DNA of 64,000 nucleotides from a virus: positions 19,241-83,240 of IMG/VR virus record IMGVR_UViG_3300013137_000010. One strand, 5' to 3'. Within the stretch, counting starts at the first letter, position 1. The number at the start of each line of letters is the position of its first letter. Positions 46,878 to 56,414 of the stretch are shown one piece after another. The notes under the pieces were generated by a model. It made no database searches. It saw nothing but the letters and a program-made list of their open reading frames with translations, and had not been told where the DNA came from. The translations under genes and the position numbers were made by a program.

Positions 46878-48284
46878 ATGGAATCTAAATCTAATTTAGT
46901 GAACGCAACCAGACAAGAAGATGTCTTAACTGACAACGGTATGGTTACAAATTCAACTAGCTTGAATTCAAATGTTGATATGTTTTTCTTAGCCGGTGCT
47001 TCGAGAAATATGTCTGAAAAGGATATTGAAATTCTTTTTCAAAAAGCAATTGTGGAAGATCCATTAGTTGCTCTTAAAACCTTATTTTGGGCCCGTGATG
47101 TCAGAGGTGGAGCTGGTGAAAGAAGGTTCTTCAGAATTTGTTCTAAATTCTTGAATAAGAATTATTTTGAATATATTGAAAAGAACGCCAAATATGTTCC
47201 TGAATATGGTCGTTGGGATGATATTTTTGAATTGGACGACAAAATCGTTTTACCTTTGATCAAAGAAGGATTAGAAAACGGTAATGGACTTTTAGCAAAA
47301 TGGTTACCTCGTCAAGGTGATTTTGCTAATAAAGTTCGTAAATATTTAAAGATGAATCCTAAGGAGTATCGTAAACTTGTTGTTGGTTTATCTAACACAG
47401 TTGAGCAAAAGATGTGTGCAAAAGAGTGGGAAAAAATTACTTATTCACATGTTCCTTCTGTTGCTATGAACAAATATAGAAAGGCGTTCTTGAAGAATGA
47501 TGAAGGTCGTTTTAATGAATTCATCAACTTGGTTCACGAAGGTAAAGAAGAAATTAAGGCTGGTGTTTTGTTTCCACATCAATTATATCAAGCGTATAAA
47601 AAAGGTGAAGATAAGAAAGCAATTGAAGCTCAATGGATCAATTTACCTGATTATATGGCAGATTCGAATGAGAGAATCATTCCAGTTTGTGACGTTTCAG
47701 GTAGTATGACTAGTAAACTTGGTAAAAGTAATCTTGCGCCAATGGATGTTTCGGTTGCACTTGGTCTTTATATTTCAGAAAGAAATAAGAGCATTTTTAA
47801 AGATGCTTTTATTACTTTCTCCGCTAGACCTACAATGCAATATTTGAAGGGTTCTTTTAGCCAAAGGATTAATCAATTAGAGCATGCTGAATGGGGTATG
47901 AATACTAATTTGGAAGCAGTCTATAAACTTATTTTAGATAAGGCTACTGAATATCATATTTCTGAAACTGAAATGCCAACTAAAATTCTTATTATCTCTG
48001 ATATGGAATTTGATCAATGTGCAACAAATGGTTCAGATACTGCTTTAAAAATGATCGATAGAATGTATCAATCAGCTGGTTATAAGATGCCAGAAATTAT
48101 TTTTTGGAATGTTAATGGTAGACTTGGTAATGTACCTGCAAATTTTAAAACAAAAGGTGTAGGTTTAGTTTCAGGTTTTAGTCCATCAATATTAAAATCA
48201 ATATTACAAGGTAATATCGATACTCCACAGAGTTTAATGTTGAGAACTGTTATGTCTGAAAGATATGAACCAATCAATACTTAA
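46878..48284 (+). CDS. DUF2828 family protein (TROVE/Ro60-like helical domain plus vWA)
   Basis: 'ARDVRGGAGERRFF', 'YGRWDD', 'AKWLPR', MIDAS 'DVSGSM', 'SDMEFD', 'FWN', 'SGFSP'; strong AAGGAGG RBS. Confidence 0.85.
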   Translation: MESKSNLVNATRQEDVLTDNGMVTNSTSLNSNVDMFFLAGASRNMSEKDIEILFQKAIVEDPLVALKTLFWARDVRGGAGERRFFRICSKFLNKNYFEYIEKNAKYVPEYGRWDDIFELDDKIVLPLIKEGLENGNGLLAKWLPRQGDFANKVRKYLKMNPKEYRKLVVGLSNTVEQKMCAKEWEKITYSHVPSVAMNKYRKAFLKNDEGRFNEFINLVHEGKEEIKAGVLFPHQLYQAYKKGEDKKAIEAQWINLPDYMADSNERIIPVCDVSGSMTSKLGKSNLAPMDVSVALGLYISERNKSIFKDAFITFSARPTMQYLKGSFSQRINQLEHAEWGMNTNLEAVYKLILDKATEYHISETEMPTKILIISDMEFDQCATNGSDTALKMIDRMYQSAGYKMPEIIFWNVNGRLGNVPANFKTKGVGLVSGFSPSILKSILQGNIDTPQSLMLRTVMSERYEPINT

Positions 48285-48309
48285 AAAAAGCCTCATTTGA
48301 GGCTTTTTT
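48285..48309 (+). terminator. Intrinsic terminator
   Basis: AAAAAGCCTCA/TGAGGCTTTTTT. Confidence 0.75.
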
Positions 48310-48369
48310 ATTTTATTTTATTTAATCATTTGATTATTTTTTTTATATATTAAAATAAAATCTTATACA

Positions 48370-48984
48370 ATGTTAATTTCTTTTGATGATATAATAAAAA
48401 AATATAACCTTAGAATAAAGGGTGTCTTGCACATCGGTGCACATTATGGTCAGGAGTATGCGGATTATGCTAAAAATAATATTAAGAACATGATATTCTT
48501 TGAACCATTAGAGAAAAATTTTAATAGAATGTTGCTTAATGTACCGTTAAATGAAAATGTTAAGGCATATAAGATTGCATTGGGTGACATGACTGGCCAA
48601 GCTGAAATGTTTGTAGAAACAGCAAATAATGGAGTGAGTTGTTCTTTATTAGAACCTAAGCTTCATCTAATACAATATCCTAAAATTAAGTTTCATAGTA
48701 AAGAGATTGTTAAGGTCGATAAATTAGATAATATTGATTTTGATAGAAATAATTATAATATGATTAATATAGATGTTCAAGGTTATGAATTAGAAGTTTT
48801 TAAAGGTGGTAAAGATACTCTAAATCATATAGATATTATCTATACTGAAGTTAATAGAGATGAAGTCTATGTTAATTGTGCCAGGGTTGAGCAACTAGAT
48901 GATTTTTTATCTGATTATGGTTTTAAGAGAGTTTTAACAAGTTGGGATGGTGATACTTGGGGTGATGCTTTATACTTAAAATAA
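48370..48984 (+). CDS. FkbM family methyltransferase
   Basis: 'HIGAHYG', 'FEP', 'NIDVQGYELEV'. Confidence 0.88.
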   Translation: MLISFDDIIKKYNLRIKGVLHIGAHYGQEYADYAKNNIKNMIFFEPLEKNFNRMLLNVPLNENVKAYKIALGDMTGQAEMFVETANNGVSCSLLEPKLHLIQYPKIKFHSKEIVKVDKLDNIDFDRNNYNMINIDVQGYELEVFKGGKDTLNHIDIIYTEVNRDEVYVNCARVEQLDDFLSDYGFKRVLTSWDGDTWGDALYLK

Positions 48985-48993
48985 TTTAATACT

Positions 48994-49350
48994 ATGATAT
49001 TTAGATTGAAAGAGGATTGGACTTATGAAGTTGATTTTATGGGTATAAAAGAAAAGCAAGTTCTTTTTAAAAAAGGCCATATTTTTAAACCTGACGAAAA
49101 TGGTTTATATATTATTAGATTCACCGATGATATCGTGAAAGAGTGGAGTCTTGATGATATGAGAACTAATGCTAAAGAAATGAGTTATTTAATAGAAGAA
49201 ATTGAAGATTTATCTTTAAATATATCTGAAATTCAGAATGATGATGATGAAATTAAAAATTGGCGAATTCAATTAGATGTTAAAACTTCATTTAATAATT
49301 TGAAAAAAATCGAAAAATTTTTACGAGAAAATATACCAGATTATTTATAA
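48994..49350 (+). CDS. Hypothetical protein
   Basis: 118 aa. Confidence 0.6.
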   Translation: MIFRLKEDWTYEVDFMGIKEKQVLFKKGHIFKPDENGLYIIRFTDDIVKEWSLDDMRTNAKEMSYLIEEIEDLSLNISEIQNDDDEIKNWRIQLDVKTSFNNLKKIEKFLRENIPDYL

Positions 49351-49369
49351 TTTTTTTGTATATTTGTGA

Positions 49370-49600
49370 ATGCATAATAGAGATGTGATATGGAAAACTG
49401 CTGATGGTAGATGTCTAAAACTTAGAGATATGACTTCTTCTCATTTGGATAATGCATATAAATATATCAATAAGAATATTGCTGCATATAATCAAAAGTA
49501 TGGTAAGAAAACTATTAAGAAACTTAAAAATAATATGTTACAGGAGATTAGATTGAGAAAATTAAATAGGTTAAAGAATAACGAAGAAGAATTATTTTAA
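49370..49600 (+). CDS. Hypothetical protein
   Basis: 76 aa; 'W.T.DG....DM...HL.N' phage small-protein pattern. Confidence 0.6.
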   Translation: MHNRDVIWKTADGRCLKLRDMTSSHLDNAYKYINKNIAAYNQKYGKKTIKKLKNNMLQEIRLRKLNRLKNNEEELF

Positions 49601-49627
49601 GTAAAGGATATACATTTATAAAAAAAT

Positions 49628-50098
49628 ATGGCAAACTGGAAACATAGAGAATTAACTACCGAAGAATTGAAAGAAATTGTTCGTGGTGTGTATGATGGAA
49701 AATATTTTACTTCATTACAATGTGCTGATGAGGTGATTACTGTATTTATGCCTATTTTATTTATTGGTGCTGAGCCATCTGTACCTCGTACTCCTAAAGT
49801 TGTTGAAGATATTCGTAAAAATCGTAAAAATAAATTAAATCATTTTAGAGATTTAGAACAGTATGAAAAAGATTTACAAGAATGGAAAGATAATACGGAT
49901 ATAAGAAATGAATTTATTGATAATATTGGAATGGTTTATGAAGATATTAGCAAGGCTGGTCCTGGAAGCATTAATGGTTATCCTACTTTTTTTAGTTGTA
50001 AAATTGTTTCACGTGAAGATACTAATAAATTCATAGAAATGTATAACAAATATGTAAAAATGCGGCAAGAATTTGAAAAAGAATGGGAGATTCTTTAA
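49628..50098 (+). CDS. Hypothetical protein
   Basis: 156 aa. Confidence 0.65.
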   Translation: MANWKHRELTTEELKEIVRGVYDGKYFTSLQCADEVITVFMPILFIGAEPSVPRTPKVVEDIRKNRKNKLNHFRDLEQYEKDLQEWKDNTDIRNEFIDNIGMVYEDISKAGPGSINGYPTFFSCKIVSREDTNKFIEMYNKYVKMRQEFEKEWEIL

Positions 50099-50358
50099 TG
50101 GTATTTGTTAATGGTATAGATTATGGTGATTTAATTTTTTCCAAAAGACATGAATTGGATAAATTAGCCTATTCTATATATTATAACAGTTGTTTTGATG
50201 AAATTGTCGATGTTGATGATATTGGTGATGTTATAATGATAACACCACCATTGAGTTTTAATAATTGGTATGGTTCTGAATTTCATAAAAAGTATATTGC
50301 AATTTTATTAAGAAAGAAAAAACTTGAAAAAATAAATAAAAATGAAAATAGGGGATAA
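50083..50358 (+). CDS. Hypothetical protein
   Basis: 91 aa (true start possibly 50098). Confidence 0.55.
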   Translation: MGDSLMVFVNGIDYGDLIFSKRHELDKLAYSIYYNSCFDEIVDVDDIGDVIMITPPLSFNNWYGSEFHKKYIAILLRKKKLEKINKNENRG

Positions 50359-50572
50359 AGTAAAGATTATTAAATGTGATTATAAGATATTTGATAGGAT
50401 CTCCTTAGTTGATAAAACAGGAAAATTAACCGAGTACTATCCTGATTCAGATGATGAAAAACAGTGTGCAGTAGCAATCTTATTTGATGATAATCCAATT
50501 CCTGAAATTACGAATAGACCTATCTTTTTATGGCCGGTTGAAGTCGTTGTTATTACTGACTTAATAGAATAA
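50342..50572 (+). CDS. Hypothetical SH3-like small protein
   Basis: 76 aa; MKIGDKV start. Confidence 0.55.
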   Translation: MKIGDKVKIIKCDYKIFDRISLVDKTGKLTEYYPDSDDEKQCAVAILFDDNPIPEITNRPIFLWPVEVVVITDLIE

Positions 50573-50577
50573 AAATG

Positions 50578-50607
50578 AAAAAGCCGAAAATTAATTTTCG
50601 GCTTTTT
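50578..50607. terminator. Bidirectional intrinsic terminator
   Basis: AAAAAGCCGAAAA/TTTTCGGCTTTTT between convergent genes. Confidence 0.8.
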
Positions 50608-50624
50608 AATTTTTTGTTAATTTA

Positions 50625-51641
50625 TTATTTCTTAAATAGATTCGAAATTGATTCATTATTATTCATTCTCTGAATTGATTTAGATATTAAATCACTTACA
50701 CTCAAAACTTTTATTTTTTCTGATGTTATTGTTAATGGTATAGTATCAGTTACAATAATTTCTGTAATTTTTGATTTTTCAATTCTTTCTATGGCTGGAC
50801 CAGATAAAACTGCGTGTGGTATACAAGCCCTTACACTTTTTGCACCTTTTTTATTTATTAATATATCAGCAGCTGTTGTAATAGTTCCGGCAGTATCAAT
50901 AATATCATCTATAAAAACAACATCACAACCATTAACGTCTCCAATAAGTTCCATTTTACCTATCAAATTTGCTTCGATTCTTTCTTTATACATAAAAATC
51001 ATTCGAGTTTTGAAATACTCTGCATAAGGTTTAGTGCGTTTTCCAGAACCTTCATCTGGTGCTCCAAATATAAGATTTTTAAGATTTAGTGATTCTATAT
51101 ATGGCATAAAAATATAAGAACTATTGAGAGCATCTACTGGTATATTAAAAAATGCTTGTATTTGTTCAGCATGCAAATCAATTGTTATGATTCTTGTTGC
51201 TCCAGCGGCTTGAATGATATCTGCTAATAATTTTGCAGTAATTGGTACTCTTGGCTTATCTTTTCTATCAGCTCTAGCAAATCCAAAATATGGAATACAG
51301 GCAACAATATCTTTCGCTGATGCTCTTTTTGCAGCGTCAATAAGTTGTAAAAGTTCAAAAACACTTGATGAGGACGATATTAAGGTTTTTAATATTTTTT
51401 CTGCTTCTGGTTGTTTATCTTCTGGTATCAAGCCCAATATTTTTCTCATATCATTATAAAATGAGAATAATGATGCTACGATAAATACCTTTTGACCCCT
51501 AACATTATCTCCTAATCCGTGACAAAATTCACCGTCAGAAAAAATCTTGAATTGGCTAGCACTAACATTTGTTCCATAGCAATTTGCGATTTTGTTTGCT
51601 AACTCTGTTGATCGTGAAGCTGAAAAAATTTTTACACTCAT
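50625..51641 (-). CDS. prs: Ribose-phosphate pyrophosphokinase
   Basis: 'FSDGE', 'PYFGFARADRK', 'DLHAEQIQ', 'IDDIIDTAGT'. Confidence 0.93.
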   Translation of the reverse strand: MSVKIFSASRSTELANKIANCYGTNVSASQFKIFSDGEFCHGLGDNVRGQKVFIVASLFSFYNDMRKILGLIPEDKQPEAEKILKTLISSSSSVFELLQLIDAAKRASAKDIVACIPYFGFARADRKDKPRVPITAKLLADIIQAAGATRIITIDLHAEQIQAFFNIPVDALNSSYIFMPYIESLNLKNLIFGAPDEGSGKRTKPYAEYFKTRMIFMYKERIEANLIGKMELIGDVNGCDVVFIDDIIDTAGTITTAADILINKKGAKSVRACIPHAVLSGPAIERIEKSKITEIIVTDTIPLTITSEKIKVLSVSDLISKSIQRMNNNESISNLFKK

Positions 51642-51730
51642 ATGTTGATAGTATTTTTATTTTTATAAGTATAAATATATTAAAAGTTTTTTAAAAAAAG
51701 AAAAACGACATTAAAATATTTATATATAAT

Positions 51731-51776
51731 ATAAAATAATATAAAACAATATAAAACAATATAAAACAATATAAAA
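51731..51776 (+). repeat. About 4.5 tandem 10-bp repeats (ATAAAACAAT)
   Basis: Read directly; between the promoter and the RHH-like ORF. Confidence 0.8.
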
Positions 51777-51778
51777 AT

Positions 51779-51931
51779 ATGAAAAAAGGTTTTAGCTTTA
51801 CTATTGAAGAGCAGGTTATTAAGGATTTAGATGAATTTTGCAAAGATGGATTGATAACCAAATCAAAGTTAGTTAATAAAATTTTAAAGGATTTTATTGA
51901 AAAAAATAAGAAAAAAAATGTTAATAAATGA
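51779..51931 (+). CDS. Small ribbon-helix-helix-like protein (50 aa)
   Basis: MKKGFSFTIEEQVIKDLDEFCKDGLITKSKLVNKILKDFIE; below the ORF-track size cutoff. Confidence 0.65.
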   Translation: MKKGFSFTIEEQVIKDLDEFCKDGLITKSKLVNKILKDFIEKNKKKNVNK

Positions 51932-52791
51932 TTCAATAGATATTATAGTTAATAGTATGGATGTTAAAAGATTATCAGAGATAAGTGATAAATATAAGAA
52001 TCTTCATAAAGGTGATATTATTAACATACTTGTTTCAGAATTATCAAAAAATAGTAAAAGAAAAATTAAAGTTAAGTGTGATATTTGTGGTAAAGAAAAA
52101 GAATTAAGTTATGATAAATATTTAAAGAATATAAATAATTGTGATTTTTATGCATGTTCGTCTAAATGTGCCCAAGAAAAAGTAAAAGGACGTGTGTAAT
52201 AAATTTTGGTGTTATGAATGCATCTTTTTCTGCTGAGAAAAAAGAAAAAAGAAGGCTTACTAATATAGAAAGATATGGAGTATCTAATGTTTTTGAAAAT
52301 GAAGATATACAAAATAAATTAAAAGAAATATCTAATATGGTGTTGATAATATTTTTAAATCAGATGAATTTAAGAAATATCTAAAATTTTATAATTTGCA
52401 ACGATACGGTGTTGAATATATTTCTCAAGTGTCTAAATTCTATATGAAACAGCAAAAATCCGGTTTTAGATTACACTTTCACGAAAATACACAATTATAT
52501 TATAGAGGAACATATGAAAGAGATTTTTTGGATTTTTGTTTTTCTAACAATATTATAGTTGAGCAAGGTAAGAGAATTAGTTATTACTTCAATGATTCTA
52601 ATCATTATTATTTTTCTGATTATTATATCATATCAAAAAATTTGATAGTTGAAATTAAAAGTTCTTGGACATATAATAAATATATTGATAAAAATTTAGC
52701 TAAACAAAGAACAACAATTGAATTAGGGTATAATTACATGTTTATAATTGATAAAAATTACGATGAGTTTAAAAAATATCTAAACATTTAA
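51918..52791 (+). pseudogene. Frameshifted homing endonuclease (Zn/KYG N-terminus, PD-(D/E)xK C-terminus)
   Basis: Three consecutive fragments in different frames (51897-52199, 52166-52384, 52396-52791); 'YYFSDYY...IVEIKS'. Confidence 0.75.
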
Positions 52792-53013
52792 TACATTTTT
52801 TCATATCTTAATTATGGAAAGTTTTACCGACGAAAACTATTTTTATAATCCTGGTGACGATGATTTTAATTTTGTAAAGAAAGAAGAGAATAAATCTACA
52901 AAAAGAAAAGCAGATTTGTCGAATAGTTGGAAATGATCAAGATTATTATAGATGATGCGAGATTATATTGTTATAAATGTGGTGAACCACTATATTAAAA
53001 AAAATAAAAATAT

Positions 53014-53424
53014 ATGAGAAATAGTAGTATAAATGTTTATGATCAAATTGAAGTTAGCTTTGATTATGAAGTAGAGATTGATGATATTTTAGATCTTGTT
53101 GAACAATGTGATAAAGATGAGAAAGCACGTATTGTTCAATTTATTAATGATTTTGATGATGATGGTAAGAGAAAAAGAAGAAAAGTATTATCAATAGAGG
53201 AATATGTCGACGTTGATTTTGAATATGATGTGGATTTTTATCAAGTTGTAGAGTTGGTCAGTAATTGTAGTGATCACGAAAAATTAAAGATAGTAGAAGA
53301 TATTAATTTTGATTCTGATATTGTTTTTAGAGCAGATAATCTTTATGATGAACAAAGAATTAAACTCTTATTTGATGCCTATAAAAAATATGATATTGAT
53401 GAATTGAAAGCTAGATTAGCTTAA
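53014..53424 (+). CDS. Hypothetical protein with an internal duplication
   Basis: Two copies of 'V.FDY.V......LV..C...EK.RIV..IN.D'. Confidence 0.65.
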   Translation: MRNSSINVYDQIEVSFDYEVEIDDILDLVEQCDKDEKARIVQFINDFDDDGKRKRRKVLSIEEYVDVDFEYDVDFYQVVELVSNCSDHEKLKIVEDINFDSDIVFRADNLYDEQRIKLLFDAYKKYDIDELKARLA

Positions 53425-53442
53425 AAAATAATTAATGTTTTA

Positions 53443-54744
53443 GTGTTAGATACATTATTAGAAAAGATTAAGAATAATCAAGAAAAAGTTGGTATAATTG
53501 GTTTGGGTTATGTGGGATTACCTCTTGCTGTTGGTTTTGCTGAGGTTGGAATTAATGTTCTTGGATTTGATAAATCTGATAAAAAAGTTAATAAAATTAA
53601 TGCAGGTGAGAATTATATCAAGGATATAAGAGATGTGGTTCTCCGTGAGGTTGTAGATAAAGTTAAACTTAGTGCAACAACCGATTTTAGAAGATTATCA
53701 GAATGTGACGCTATTTTGATTTGCGTTCCGACACCACTAGATGTTTTCAAAAAGCCGGATATGACTTATATTCAATCTGCTTGTGAAGATATCGGAAAAT
53801 ATATGAAATCTGGTACTTTTATTTCCTTAGAAAGTACTACTTATCCAACTACTACTGAAGAGTTTGTTTTACCGATTGTTGAAAAAGAATCTAATTTTAA
53901 ACACGGTAAAGATTTTTGGTTAGTTTTTTCACCTGAAAGAGTAGATCCTGGAAATAAAAATTATCACACAAAAAATACAACTAAGGTGATTGGTGCTATT
54001 GATGAAAATGGTTTAGAATTAGGTATGATGATATATTCTAAAGCCATTAATGATCTTTATCCAGTAAGTTCACCTAGAGTTGCAGAAATGGTTAAAATTT
54101 TAGAAAATACTTATAGATTGGTAAATATAAGTTTAATAAACGAATTAGCTTTATTAGCTAATAAAATGAATATTAATATTTGGGAAGTAATCGAGGCTGC
54201 AAAAACAAAACCTTTTGGATTTCAAGCTTTTTATCCAGGCCCCGGTATTGGTGGTCACTGTATACCATTAGATCCTTTTTATTTGAAATATATTGCAAAA
54301 AAATATGATTTTGATTTAAGTATGATACACACAGCTGGTCATATTAATATGCGTATGCCACATTATATGCATATTAAAATATCAACGGCTTTGAATAGGA
54401 TGCAAAAATCTATTAGAGGAAGTAAAATATTATTCTTAGGTGTTGCATATAAACCAAATATTGATGATGAACGAGAATCTCCAGCATTAGAAATTATTGA
54501 TGAAATAATAAAAAAAGGTGGAATTGTTAGTTATAATGATCCATTTATTCCTGCTATTAAAACACATGATGATAATATATTATATTCAGTAGAATTAACA
54601 GAAGAGAGTTTATCAAAATCAGACGTTGTTGTTATTACAACTAATCATTCTATTTATAATCCAGATTTTATATTAGAACATTCTCAACTTATTGTTGACT
54701 TAAGAAATATGTTACCTCAACATAATAAAGTTTTTAAACTTTAG
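53443..54744 (+). CDS. UDP-N-acetylhexosamine/nucleotide-sugar dehydrogenase
   Basis: 'GLGYVGLP', 'CVPTP', 'ESTTYP', 'SPERVDPG', 'GGHCIPLDP'. Confidence 0.92.
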   Translation: MLDTLLEKIKNNQEKVGIIGLGYVGLPLAVGFAEVGINVLGFDKSDKKVNKINAGENYIKDIRDVVLREVVDKVKLSATTDFRRLSECDAILICVPTPLDVFKKPDMTYIQSACEDIGKYMKSGTFISLESTTYPTTTEEFVLPIVEKESNFKHGKDFWLVFSPERVDPGNKNYHTKNTTKVIGAIDENGLELGMMIYSKAINDLYPVSSPRVAEMVKILENTYRLVNISLINELALLANKMNINIWEVIEAAKTKPFGFQAFYPGPGIGGHCIPLDPFYLKYIAKKYDFDLSMIHTAGHINMRMPHYMHIKISTALNRMQKSIRGSKILFLGVAYKPNIDDERESPALEIIDEIIKKGGIVSYNDPFIPAIKTHDDNILYSVELTEESLSKSDVVVITTNHSIYNPDFILEHSQLIVDLRNMLPQHNKVFKL

Positions 54745-56176
54745 ATGAACTACTACTACACTAAAGATGTAGTAGTTTCGGGAACATAATGTTCCTTCTC
54801 TTTAAGCGTTTCATTGCTTTTGCCTAATTTTTTAGGTCTTATTTTTGCTCCACGCTCGTAATCAGACGTTCCATCTGATATATTTTTTCTATATCCTTCA
54901 TTAAGGATATTAGTTGCAGCATTTAAATCTCTATCGTGTTTTTCACCGCATTTAGGACAAATCCATTCCCTGTCTTTTAATGTTAATGAGTTATTGATCC
55001 AACCACACTTAAAACATGTCTTGCTTGAAGGAAAAAATCTATCAATATGTATAACCTGCTTGTCGTTCCAAGATGCTTTATATTCAAGTGTATCAATAAA
55101 TTTACCCCAACTAACATCAAGTATTGATTTATTCAATCCTGATTTTCTTGATTGACCATTAGGAATATATTTTCCATTTTCGTCTTGCTTTGCTTTACAT
55201 CTGTGAGACATTCCTTTTATATTAAGGTCTTCCAAGTAAATTGTATCAAATTGATTTATCAAAGAATTAGTGGTTTTGTGTATCAAATCCATCCTTGAAT
55301 TAGTAATCTTTTCGTATATTCTTGCTACTTTTATTCGTTGCTTTTCATAACGATTTGATTTAATTGTTTTTCTGGATAGAGATTGTTGATTTAGTTTTAA
55401 TTGACGTTCGTAGTGTTTTAAAAATCTATGGTTCTTGATTTTCGTTCCATTAGATAACACTAAAAAATCTTTTAATCCTAAATCTATTCCTACTGAAAAT
55501 CCTGTTTTACTAACTGGAGTGTATTCCATTTCAGTTAGAATTGATACAAAGTATTTTCCAGTAGGAGTTTTACTTATAGTACAATGCTTAATAGTTCCTT
55601 TAATTTTTCTTTCCATTATCATTTCTATACCTTTTCTAAACTTCGGTATGATAAGTTTATCTTTCTTTACAGAAACGAATTGTGGTATAGTAAATGAATT
55701 TTTTGATTTCCTTGATTTAAATTTAGGAAATCGTGTTCTTTTTTTAAAAAATCCATCATAAGCGGTGTCTAAACAATTTAAAGAAAATTGTAATGTTTGT
55801 GAGTTTATTTCCTTCAACCACTTTTTATCCTCTTGTTTTTTAATTTGGGTTAGTTCTTTTGCTTGGTCGTAGTAATCTAATGATTTTTTGTTATTAAGGT
55901 ATTCATTCTTCCTTTGATTAAGAAAATAATTATAAGTCCATCTAACAGAGCCAAAATGTTTATTCAGTAATATTTTTTGATCTTCTGTTGGTTTTAACCT
56001 GAACTTGTATGTATATTTAATTATTTTCATCTTTTATGTTAAAACTTTTTTCTAACATAACTATATATAATTAAAAATATATCACTTTTTTCTATTTTTA
56101 AAAATGGTTTGAATGATTAAAGAGTTTAGTGTCAAATTCATCAAACTACACTAAAGATGTAGTTGTTTTCTTTGAC
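54745..56176 (-). mobile_element. IS200/IS605-family solo-tnpB element (IS1341-like)
   Basis: The same hairpin ACTACACTAAAGATGTAGT occurs at both ends (~54755 and ~56145); the right end reads ...GTAGTTCAT on the minus strand; no tnpA. Confidence 0.75.
54756..56030 (-). CDS. tnpB: RNA-guided endonuclease TnpB
   Basis: 'GIDLGL', 'EDLN', 'PSSKTCFKCG...CPKCG..HDRDLNAA.NI'. Confidence 0.93.
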   Translation of the reverse strand: MKIIKYTYKFRLKPTEDQKILLNKHFGSVRWTYNYFLNQRKNEYLNNKKSLDYYDQAKELTQIKKQEDKKWLKEINSQTLQFSLNCLDTAYDGFFKKRTRFPKFKSRKSKNSFTIPQFVSVKKDKLIIPKFRKGIEMIMERKIKGTIKHCTISKTPTGKYFVSILTEMEYTPVSKTGFSVGIDLGLKDFLVLSNGTKIKNHRFLKHYERQLKLNQQSLSRKTIKSNRYEKQRIKVARIYEKITNSRMDLIHKTTNSLINQFDTIYLEDLNIKGMSHRCKAKQDENGKYIPNGQSRKSGLNKSILDVSWGKFIDTLEYKASWNDKQVIHIDRFFPSSKTCFKCGWINNSLTLKDREWICPKCGEKHDRDLNAATNILNEGYRKNISDGTSDYERGAKIRPKKLGKSNETLKEKEHYVPETTTSLV

Positions 56177-56377
56177 GGACAATATAAAATAAGAGATAGA
56201 AAAACTAATGGAAAATATTATGTTATAGATTGGGGTGGACTCACTGATGTTGAAAACATTTATAATTTTTTATATAAAGATGCAAAAACATATTTAGATA
56301 GAAAAAAAGAAAAATATGATAAGGCAATTGTAGTAAATTCTTTAAAAAATAGATATAGAAAAAATAAAACAAATTAA
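56177..56377 (+). pseudogene. C-terminal remnant of a LAGLIDADG-type endonuclease
   Basis: 'YVIDWGG...IYNFLYKDAKTYLDRKKEKY'; the track ORF starts inside the IS end hairpin. Confidence 0.5.
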
Positions 56378-56414
56378 ATCTAAAATTATAAATAAGTAAA
56401 ATAATTATAATTGT

